DNA of 64,000 nt from positions 186,001-250,000 of the forward strand of contig JBODTK010000150.1 of NCBI GenBank assembly GCA_050613775.1, read 5' to 3'. Positions 53,160-64,000 of this stretch are shown here, piece after piece. The notes under the pieces are model-generated. The model was given only the letters and a program-made list of their open reading frames with translations. It was not told where the DNA came from and searched no databases. Both the position numbers and the translations under genes were made by a program. Every line of letters begins with the position of its first letter. Positions within the stretch are counted from its first letter, which is position 1. The stretch comes from Neocallimastix sp. 'constans'. Its lineage: Eukaryota.

Positions 53160-56100
53160 ATGACTACTGACATTAAGGTATCTGCTCCACCACCAGTTCC
53201 ACCAAGACATAATAAAGAATATTATGAAGACGCTGGAACGACAACTAAAAAAACTAATATACCACCAGTTACTCCAAAAAGAATTACTTCCAGAGTAAGT
53301 GAATCGTTCAATGAAGATAAAAATGGAAAAAATACTTTAACATTAGAGAGTAAAGAATTCGAATCAACTGCCATAGAAAATGAAATTATGGAAGAGTTAA
53401 ATCGTATATCAGATAAATTCAAGTTATCTGAAGATAAATTAACCTTATACGAAGAAGAAAATGAAGAGAAAAAGACAGAACTTAGTACAAATGCTTCAAA
53501 ATCTTTATCATCTCTCACCATTAATGATGAAAGTCATGTTCAAGAAAATACAATCGAAGATATTCCTTCTGATAGTGAAGATTCCTTTAAATCTCTTCCA
53601 AAGAATTCAAATGAGGATTCTGTTTCTTCTTCTACTTCTTTACCTTTACCGCCAGTTAAATCAGAAGAGAAATTAGAAACTTCTGTTCAACCGGAAGAAG
53701 CCGTAAAAGAAGAATTGAAGGAAGAATCTGTCGAACCAAAAAAGGAATCCGAAGAAGCCATTAAATCAAAAGATTCCGAGACTTCAGAAGAATCAAAACC
53801 ACAAGTAACTGAAACTTCGGAAGAATCAAAACCACAACAAGTAACAGAAGAATCTCTTCCACAAGAATCTGCTACTGAATCTCAACCACAATCTCAATCA
53901 CAATCCCTTGAAGCTCCAAAGGAAAAAGAACATCTTAAAAAATCAAAATCAAAGTCAAAAAGTAAATCTTCAAAATCTTCTAAATCTAAATCAAAGGAAG
54001 AAAAGGAACATCATAAAAAATCTAAAAAATCAAAGGAAGAAAAGTCAAAATCAAAGAAAAAGACGGCATCAATTCAAAGTCCAATTATTAGTATTACTCA
54101 TGCCAATGAAGATGAAGTTAAATCCTTAAGAGAACAAGAAAAAACTCAAAGAGCTGTAACTGTTAAGGAACAAGAAAAATTAGGAGAATTAAATCAAAAA
54201 CAATATTTATTAAGTCAACATCAATATAATCTTGCACTTAGTCAAAAGAAACAATATGCAGAATTAATGCAAAATAATAATTTAGAACAATTAGCTTTTC
54301 TTCAACAACAACATGAAAGAGAAAATGCTAGTATTCAACAAAATCAAAATGATCTTACTCAAAAAGTTTTAGCTCAACAACAATTGGTCTCGGAGGCTAT
54401 TGATAAATATAATGTAATCGTTAGAAAATTGATTCATTTTACTGGAGAACCTTTTGAAAATTATGCTCTTCCACCATTACCATTAAATCCACATCCTTTC
54501 CCTAACGGTCCTGCTAACCAATCTTCTGTTGATACTGTCTCCACAAGTAAAACTGGTAGTATGAATAGTAATGGAAGTCTTACTGTTAATGGTTACGGTA
54601 GTAATGGAAATTCCGCTCCAGGTTCACCTAACCTTTTAGTAAGCGTTCCTTCCAACAACACGCGTAAAGTATCTTCTCCAGTCATGAGTCCATCAATGTC
54701 TCCAGCCCTTTCTCCTGTCATAAATTCTTCCTACTATGATGAAGGTGTATACTCTGTTTCTGGATTCTCAATTATTTCTGGTAATACCTCAGTTTCAGAA
54801 GATTTTGAAAATGTTTCAATTCTTACTGATCAAATTCAACAATCCATTAATCGTCGTCCAACTTTCCAACATCCTTCCTCTAGTTTTTATCAAAAAATTC
54901 GTATTGGTGGTTCTGATCCAGAAACTTTCCAAACGACACTTAATGCCTATCGTCAAAATGTGAAAAATGCTTCTGATCCAGGTTTACAATTTGAATATGC
55001 TAAATTCCTTATTGAAGCTGCCAATGATCAATATGAAAATGGTAGTACCGATTCTGCTAATCAACATAAAAATGATTTATTTGATGAAGGTTTCAAATTC
55101 CTTAAGAAATTAAGTAATGCTGGTTATCCAGATGCACAACACTATCTTGCCACTTGTTATAAACAAGATGGAGATTGGGATAAGGCTTATCCTTTATTCT
55201 TACAAGCTGCCAAACACAATCATCCAATTGCTTCCTATGAAGTTGCTAAACACTATGAATCCAAAAAGAATTATAAGAAGGCCTCTCAATACTATAAGAA
55301 ATCTGCTTCACAAGGTTACCCTATGGCTATGCATCGTTTAGGTACTGCTGCTCTTAACGGTGAAATGCATATGCGTAAGGATGTGAAGAATGCCGTAAAA
55401 TGGTTAAAACGTTCTGCTGTTGTTGCCACTAAAGAAAATAATGGAGCTGCTTCTGCCTATGTATTGTCGGAGCTCTATGAAAATGGTATGCCACCCGTTG
55501 TTTATCCTGATGAAATGTATTCCTTGGAACTTTTAGTTCAAGCCGCTGAACTAGATTATCCACCAGCCCAATATAAATTAGGTTGGTGTTTTGAATATGG
55601 TGAATTGGGTTGTCCAACGGATGCCGTTCAATCCATTCATTGGTTCCTTTTAGCCGCAGAAAATAATGAACCAAATGCTCAATTCTCTTTAGCTGGTTGG
55701 TATTTAACAGGAGCTGAAGGTGTTATCGAACCTAATGATAAGGAAGCCTTCCATTGGGCAAGTAAAGCTGCCGAACAAGAATATGTTAAAGCTGAATATG
55801 CTGTTGCCTATGTAAGTATTTTTTTTTTTTAAAAAAAAATAAAAATAGGAAAAAAAAATAAATGAAACTTAAATTGAAAAAAAAAAGAGTTGATTCATAT
55901 TAAATTATGAAAAAAAAAAAAAAAAAAAAAGATTTATAAATATTTTTAAATTTATTTAATTTATTTATTTATTATTTATTTTTTTTTTTTAAAAAAATAT
56001 ATATATATTTATATATACAATAAATATTAAAATTTTTTTTATATTTATTTTAGTTCTATGAAATGGGTATTGGTATAGAAAAGAATATGGATGAAGCTAT

Positions 56101-56493
56101 GCGTTGGTATAAGGTTGCTGCTGAACATGGAGATGAAAGGTAATTAAAAAAAAAAATAAAAATTTATATATAAATATTATATCTTATTATATATAATTTA
56201 TATAATTTAAATATATATTTTATAAAAAATTTTTTTAAAATAATAAATATTAAATAATATTATTAAATATTATTAATAACAATCTTTTATTATTATTATT
56301 ATTATTTTATTATTATATATATATATTTATAATTATTTATTCTATATATATATTACTCTATATTTTTACAAAATGAAATAATCATCATCATAAAAAAAAA
56401 AAAAAAAAAAATAACAGAGCTATAAAGAGATTAGAAGGTGAACCAGGAATAATAAATGAAAAATCGGGCAGTAATGATTGTAAAATTGCATAA
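53160..56493 (+). CDS. Sel1-repeat protein, Chs4/Skt5-like chitin synthase activator; exons 53160-55811, 56054-56139, 56418-56493
   Basis: Long disordered N-terminus, Sel1 repeats (AQYKLGWCFEYG, AQFSLAGWYLTGAEGV), two in-frame GT-AG introns, C-terminal CaaX CKIA-stop. Confidence 0.9.
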
Positions 56494-56667
56494 GTTTTTC
56501 AACTTTTTAATATCATTTATCATTTTATAAAAAATATTTATAATGCATACCACAAATTTTAATAACTACAAATGGAAGTTTAATAAAATTATTAATATAT
56601 CATAAAACAATTTTTTTTTTATTTTTATTTTAATAGTATATTTTTTTTTTTTTTTCATTTTTTTTTC

Positions 56668-56698
<31 letters not shown>

Positions 56699-57421
56699 CA
56701 GTAAAAAAAAAATACATAAATCAATAACAAAAACAGAAATAATAATAATAAATAAATAATAAATAAATAAAAAAAAATTTTAATAAATTAATATTAAATT
56801 AAACTAATCATTTAATTTTTATTATTAATATTATGTTTTTTTTTTTTATAATTTTTTTTAAAAAAAAAAAAAAGTTTTAAATATTTTTATTTAAATTATA
56901 TAAAAATTTATTTCAAATTTATTATATAAATTCAAAAGTAATATAAAAATTAATCTTTGTTTTATTATATAAATATAAAAAAAAAAAAAAAAAAAATAAT
57001 AATAATAATAAAAATTCATCTCTGTTTTATTATATAAATATATAAAAGTTAAAAATAATGGTAATTAATAGGAGTTTTGTTTTAAAATTAAAAGTTAAAA
57101 AAAAAAAAAAAAAAAGAGAAAGAGATAAAGAGAGAATCATAAACTTATATAGCAATTTTCTCTTGAATTTTTTTTTTTTTTTTTTTTTTTAAAATAGTTT
57201 AGTTTATTAAAAAAAAAGATATATAAATTAGGTAGTTAAAGGTGATTTTTAATGAGATAGATAGATATATATTATATATATAGATATATATATATTTTCA
57301 TATATACATATTTTTTTTTTTTTTTTTTTTTTTTTTCATATATACAAATTTTCATTTTTAACATAAAAAAAAAAAAAAAAAAAAAAAAAGAAAAAGAAAT
57401 GAAAAGAAAAAAGAAAAAAAG

Positions 57422-57454
<33 letters not shown>

Positions 57455-57638
57455 AATTAAGTAGTTAAAGGTGTATATGAAAATATATATATATAGATAT
57501 ATATATATTTTCATATATACATATTTTTTTTTTTTTTTTTATCTATACATTTTATACATTATATATACATTTTATTTATATATTATATATACAATTTAAC
57601 TTTTTTTTACTTTTTTTTTTTTTTTCAGTTTTTAATTT

Positions 57639-58118
57639 TTAATTAATTACTGGTTCATTAACATTTATTAAATATTTTAATTTTCTATAGTTATTCATTC
57701 GTATAGCTCCTCTCCTATAGGTAAACGTTTTTCTTTTTTCCCTTCCTTGATTTTGTCCTTGCCCTTGTCCTTCTTTCCTACTTTCATTATCATCATTTTT
57801 ATTTTTATTTTCATTTTCATTTTCATTTTCATATTCATCATCTTTATCATCATCATCATCTTCTTCTTCTTTACCCTTATTTTTTTTTGATTTCATGGAA
57901 TGATCAAATACGTTGAAGGAAAGTAGAAAGGCATACAGAAAGAGTAAAAGATCTTTAAAGAAATTTATTGAAATATATTTACTAACTTCTAAAGTTTGTT
58001 TTGGAGGTTGCTCAGAAAATATTTTAGTTATCGGTTTACATATTAATAAATCGGTATCATCCAAATTAAGATCTAATAAACTTTTAGCTTATTGAGTTAT
58101 TTATATATATATATATAT

Positions 58119-58158
<40 letters not shown>

Positions 58159-58405
58159 TTATTATTTATTTATTTATTATTATTTATTTAATTTATTTAT
58201 ATTTATATACTTTCTTCTCCATAAGAAAATCGATGTTCTGGATATCTTGTTTCTAAATTATAGGGTCTATAGATACCTTTTTCTTTAGTGGTCTATTTAA
58301 TTATTATTATTATTATTATTATTAAAATGAATAATAAATTCATATAATATATATATATATTATAAATAGATTAGATATTAATTATTTATATTAGATATAA
58401 AGTAT

Positions 58406-58449
<44 letters not shown>

Positions 58450-58855
58450 AAAATAAATAAATAAATATAGAGAGATAGATAAAAAAAAAAAAAAAAAAAA
58501 AAAGACAAAAATATAAATAGATTATAAATATATTATTTATAATTAATAATAATAATATAATAATTATTAATTTTTTTTTTTAATAAATTTTTATTACATC
58601 ATCAATCCATTGTTTAATTTCCGAAAGTTTTTGTGACCTCTTAAATTCTTTTCTTAGTATTGAGCCATCAAGGTATCGAATTGAAATCAGTACATCATAA
58701 TTATTATTATTATTCGTTGAGTTTGATTTTTCTTTTAATAACTTTAAAATATCATCTTTTCTTTTACTACTACTATCACTACTATCACTACCACCATCAC
58801 TATCAAAGGTATTATTTTTATTTTTGTTTTCTTTATCTTTTTCGTTTTCTTTTTG

Positions 58856-58909
<54 letters not shown>

Positions 58910-59801
58910 TTGTTTAAGAATTTGAGTTTTTCTGTCATCATTATCCTGTTTTAAGTCTTTTAATTCTTCAATTCCTTTAGTCTTTTTTTCCTCCTAAGTA
59001 TGAAATATTTTTTATTTTGTTTTTTGTGTTTGATGTGTTTTTTTTTTTTTTTTATTATTATGTTATAAATCAATAATAATAATAATAATTATAAAAAAGT
59101 ATATAAAATATAATATATATATATATATTGGTTATATATTTATTTTTTATATAAATATGTAAATTATAAGAATAAAAAAAAAAAAGTATTTGTGTAAATA
59201 TACAATTAAATATTTAATAATAAACAAAAAAAATTAATATATATAAAAGTATATATATAAAAGTATATTTTTTTTTTAGTATATAGTCATTATTATTATA
59301 ATTATTTATAAATTATATTATTATTTATTATTTTTTTATTTTATTTTATTTTATTTCAGTTTCTATACAAATAAATATGTTTTATAAATATATATTATAT
59401 ATTATAATATTATTATAATTACGTCATTTATTTCTTTTTCTTTTTGATTTTCTTCAACTGTTTCTTTCATTTCAATGTCGTTAGTATTGACATTGGTATT
59501 GACATTTTCATTGGAAGCAATGACTGGATTAGACGGTTCTAAATCTGAATATTTTTTAATATTTTCAATTATTTTATCCTTGGTGGCTTTCGAATTAAGG
59601 AAAAATACTAAACGTCCATTTTGAATAAAAACTAAACAAGGACAAAATATGGTTGGGTAAATTTGTGAAAATAAATTGTAAGTTTCTGAACCTTTTTTCA
59701 TTTCAATGGCTACAGATTTACTCTTCATTAGAGATGAAATGTCACTATCGCTTATTAATTCTCTCATTTTTGTACTATTGTCACTGTCATCTAATTTATT
59801 A

Positions 59802-59850
<49 letters not shown>

Positions 59851-60200
59851 TAAAGAAAAAAAAAATAATATATATAGATATAAATTTATATGGTGAGTTT
59901 TATATATATATATATTATTTATTTATAGTTATCGTATACATTTATGATTGTTGAATATAATGGATATAGGAATATAATTTTTAGAAATCATTTTTAAATT
60001 TCATAAATTACTTATTATAAAAATTTTAAATTTCTTTTTTTTTTTTTTTTTTTATATTTTTATTATTTTTTTTTAATATATAAATATATATATATATATA
60101 TACCATAAATAAATGAAAGAAAAAGTAATTTTTCAGTAGTTGCTTTAGTAACAGCAGCAAGAACGGATCCTTCAAACCAAGGAGTTTGTTGATTTTCCAT
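57639..60200 (-). CDS. UBX-domain protein (UBXN4/Ubx7-like); exons 60200-60104, 59790-59423, 58993-58598, 58292-58211, 58087-57639
   Basis: N-terminal WFEGSVLAAV...FSQIYP thioredoxin-like region; UBX IRYLDGS...F...L.EI..WI...YPEHRF...LLDLNL; hydrophobic segment after UBX; all four GT-AG introns keep frame. Confidence 0.87.
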
Positions 60201-60719
60201 ATTTTTTTTTTTTTTTTTTTTATTAGGTATATAATTTAAATTTAAATAAATATATATTATTGAGTTTCTTTTTTTTTTTTTTTTTTTTTTATTCTTCTTT
60301 TTCTTTTTTTTTTTTTTTTCTTCTTCTTCCTCTTTTTATTATTATTACTATTTGTTTTTATTTATCGTAATTATACCAAAAAATATGAAATAAATTTTAT
60401 ATGTAGATAATAAAAAAAAAACATTATAAAATAATTTAAAAAAAATTTAATATATATTTATATTTGTATATAAAGTAAATTAAATAAATAAAAGCAAGCA
60501 ATAAAAGAATAATTAATTAATTAAAAGAATATGAAAATATATATATAAACTAATAATAATATTTAAAAATTTTAAAGTTTAAAAAAAAAAGAAATTAAAA
60601 TTAAAAAAACTATTGATTACCAAAATTATTTTTGATTTTTTATTATTATTAATTTTTTTTTTTTTAATTTATTTTAAATTTTTGATTGTCATAATGATCC
60701 CTAATTTTTTTATTGTTAT

Positions 60720-60753
<34 letters not shown>

Positions 60754-60779
60754 CATTATTTTCTTCTTTTTAAGATTTC

Positions 60780-61278
60780 TGCCTTTATTTTATTTACCTT
60801 TACCTTTCTAGGAGTTATAGGAGCTGTTATTATAATTGTCTTCTATAATAATAGGTGTTATATTGAAACAGAAGTCGAATGATGGATCTAAAGTGTTTTA
60901 TTCTTCATAATTTGAAGTAATAAAAAATTGTTGAAGTTACTTTTATTATCTTTCCTACTTAAATATTATCTTTTATTTTTAATCTTTATTTCGTGATGTA
61001 TCATTATTATTTTGACTTTCTCCCTTAACAGTTATTATTTAATGAATTTGATGGGTTAAAAAAAAAAAAAAAGGAAAAACAGTTATCCGTAGTATGCCTA
61101 TTTTAATAACAATAGTGGCATTACTCATTGGAATTTGATTTCTTTATTGAAAATTATATTACTCAATAAGTAGGTTTCTATGATTGAAAAAATAAAAAAT
61201 AAAATAAAAAAAAAAATTAAAAAAAAAAAAAAAAAACAATTTAATGTTTTTCACCTTTCAAGTAGTGATGTCAAGTAC

Positions 61279-61318
<40 letters not shown>

Positions 61319-61579
61319 TTAATTGAAAGTAATTCTTTATTCTTTATCATAAATTGAATAATTAAGTTCGGTCAGTTGAAGAGATCTAGCCAAAAAAAAA
61401 AAAGAAAAAATAGGATGGAAAATATCTATATGACACTTTTCAAGTTTGACATAGAAATGATGTTCGATCAAACTTATGAGGACTAAATGAACTACTTATA
61501 ATGGTATTCATCATTAAGTAGTTTTCTCCCCTTCTCTAATACAAACTAAATTGTAGGCAAAGCGTAAAAGTTTAGTTTA

Positions 61580-61611
<32 letters not shown>

Positions 61612-62010
61612 AATTTGACAACACAAACTTTTTCAAGAAGATTACTAATGAGAGGTAAAAAGTTCTAAATCACGAATTGTAATATCGTTATACCTACGAT
61701 ATGGGTTTTTCTTCTAACTTAATATAGTATTTATTGAACAAAAGAAAACGGGAATTGAGTTTTCCCTATCACCTGAATTGATAAGTATTATGAAAGAGTA
61801 AAATTTTGTTTAGTTTTAAGGGTAAATGAGATGAGGTAATTCAATTTTAACCTCTTCATGTAAACCGTTAATAAAATTGAGCAACGAGAGTTGACTGATT
61901 CCATTCCAAATATTAAAATATATGATTGGAAGTCATGTAAATTTTGATGATGAAAGCGATAGGGAAACTTCATTCAAATAAAGGGTTTCTAAAAGGGTTT
62001 TTACTCGAAG
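60780..62010 (-). mobile_element. Decayed Ty3/Gypsy remnant
   Basis: Minus fragments in order: gag WNQSTLVAQF..NGLHEEVK (~61850-61905), RT EHHFYVKLEKC (~61430-61470), RNase H RSLQLTELNYSIYDKE (~61340-61390), NHRNLL (~61170-61186). Confidence 0.8.
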
Positions 62011-62168
62011 AGATTAGTTGCCATAATGAGATTTTTTGAATTAAAATTTAACAAAATTAAACTAAATTCGATTAATTAAAACTTGTAAACTTAAATATAA
62101 GCTAAACTAAAATTAATTATTGTAACAAATGTCGATTTCATGAAAGTTATTATTTACTATACCACAAG

Positions 62169-62213
<45 letters not shown>

Positions 62214-62539
62214 TATATTAGGAATACTAATATTTCAAATAAATCTTATAGCAACTATAGCCTTTTTCACAGTGAATTAAAATTTAAGAATTAGTATTAT
62301 AATAAAAGCAACTAATTCAGGTTAATGCAAGGAATTTATAATTTAATTATTAAGACAAACAACTAATAGAAAATTTATTATATTTTTTAATTATATAATA
62401 TCTTAATACTAATTCTAAGGATTAATATTACATGAATTCATACATTTTTATATTATAATTGAATATTGAATATTTGAATATTTATAATATAAATAATCAA
62501 ATGTTTAATATTACCAAAAATATATTAAATTGATTAAAT

Positions 62540-62680
62540 CAAAATATAACTAACATTCAGTTATATTTTGACCTGTAGCTTAGTGGAAGGTACCCTGGAT
62601 CGAACGGGTAATAGAAACAAACACAACTGAGATCCTGGCCAGTGAACCAAGAGGTAATCTCCTGATTAGTATATTTTTTC
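62540..62680 (+). ncRNA. Candidate small structured RNA or mini inverted-repeat element
   Basis: A-box-like TAGCTTAGTGG (62576-62586), internal hairpins, complementary ends, terminal T run. Confidence 0.35.
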
Positions 62681-63167
62681 ATATTGAATTTTGATATTAA
62701 CAATTACTAATGAGTTATTGAATCAGTAAAATCCTTACCTTTAGTAAATATAACGCTTAAAATGAGAAATGTTATTTATATTTTGTTATGTGTTTATTTA
62801 TTTATTTTATAGCTTTCACATTATGAAAGACCTATTCATTAAAGAATAAGTCATTACATATTATTTATAATCATTTTTCTATAAGAGTCTAACATTATTG
62901 GTAACATATAACATTACAATGAATGATACTATCCGATATAGATAATTTACATTTAATAATATAGTATAATATGCAATGTAACTGAACACATAACTACAAT
63001 ATTTAACAATTATTACTAAAAATTTTTAATGAAAATAAAATAATTTTCTAAATTCAAAATTAAATTAATAAATAAAATTTCTATAAAATATATATATATA
63101 TTTCATAAATTATTTTAAAATAAATAAATAAAAAAAATATATATGTAAATAATGATTAATAATTGTA

Positions 63168-63198
<31 letters not shown>

Positions 63199-63502
63199 TA
63201 TGAAGAACAAAAAAAAATAATGAAAAAAGTTTCCCCTTTAGTTTAATATATAATATTACATTTTATTTTTTATTTTTAATAATTTGTTAATAACTCTTTC
63301 TAGTTATTAAATTATTAAAATTTTTGTTATAAATTATTTATATCAATCGTATACTTTTAAATATATTTTTAAAATAATAATTTATTTTTATTTTTATTAA
63401 TTTACATATTAAAAAAAAAAAAAATTGATAGTTTTATTATTAATAATATTTGTTGTTAAGATATATTGATTAAAATTAAATTATAGTAACAAAATATAGG
63501 TA

Positions 63503-63540
<38 letters not shown>

Positions 63541-63643
63541 AAAGTTAAAATAATTATTTACTATAAATAATAAATTAAACTTTTATTATATATATATATA
63601 TAAAAGACAAAAAAAAAACAGGAGTAATCATATTATTTAAAAG

Positions 63644-63680
<37 letters not shown>

Positions 63681-64000
63681 GCATGTACTGATTAAAATAG
63701 ATTAATAATGATATATATATATATTATATATATGTATATTTTTGATATAATTTTTAGTTTGAAATTTTTATGTTTTTTTTTTTTTTTTTTTTATTATTAT
63801 TCTTATTCTTATTCTTACTATTAATTTGTGTAATTATTTTTGTTGTATTGATGATAAAAGCAATAAAATCATACTATTCTTTATTACTTTTAAAAATAAT
63901 ATATATTATTATTTATAGATATTATTTATCATTCTAGAATAAATATATATGTATATATATATGTATATACATTATTTTTTTATTTGTTTAATGTTTTTTC

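Noticed and set aside
53222..55674. Short alternative-frame and antisense ORFs within the Sel1 gene
   Set aside because: Overlap a well-supported CDS and have no motifs.
57220..57540. Short local duplication (TATAAATTA.GTAGTTAAAGGTG)
   Set aside because: Ordinary small duplication between convergent gene ends.
62610..62680. Hairpin ribozyme (AGAAACA...GTATATT)
   Set aside because: Loop B 3' strand is incomplete and the flanking helices do not pair.

Overview
Extremely AT-rich, intron-containing eukaryotic DNA; the composition and gene content suggest an anaerobic gut fungus (Neocallimastigomycota), which is an inference. From left to right: an apparently intact Ty3/Gypsy LTR retrotransposon on the minus strand (5' LTR, tRNA-Ala PBS, long structured leader, gag, -1 frameshift into pol running off the left edge); a truncated Ty1/Copia element whose PBS matches a tRNA-Lys anticodon arm; a MULE-type MITE with a perfect 9-bp TSD; a decayed Copia pol; a 3-exon Sir2-family deacetylase; a pseudogenised orphan locus; a ~7.5 kb higher-order tandem array built from palindromic modules; a lone intronless SMI1/KNR4 (SUKH) gene inside a ~30 kb gene-poor, satellite-rich stretch; a 3-exon Sel1-repeat Chs4/Skt5-like gene with a CaaX end; a 5-exon UBX-domain gene; a decayed Gypsy; and several small GC-richer islands that fold into compact structures and are unexplained. 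Most short ORFs in the supplied track are microsatellite or antisense artefacts. All calls were made by eye, without database searches.
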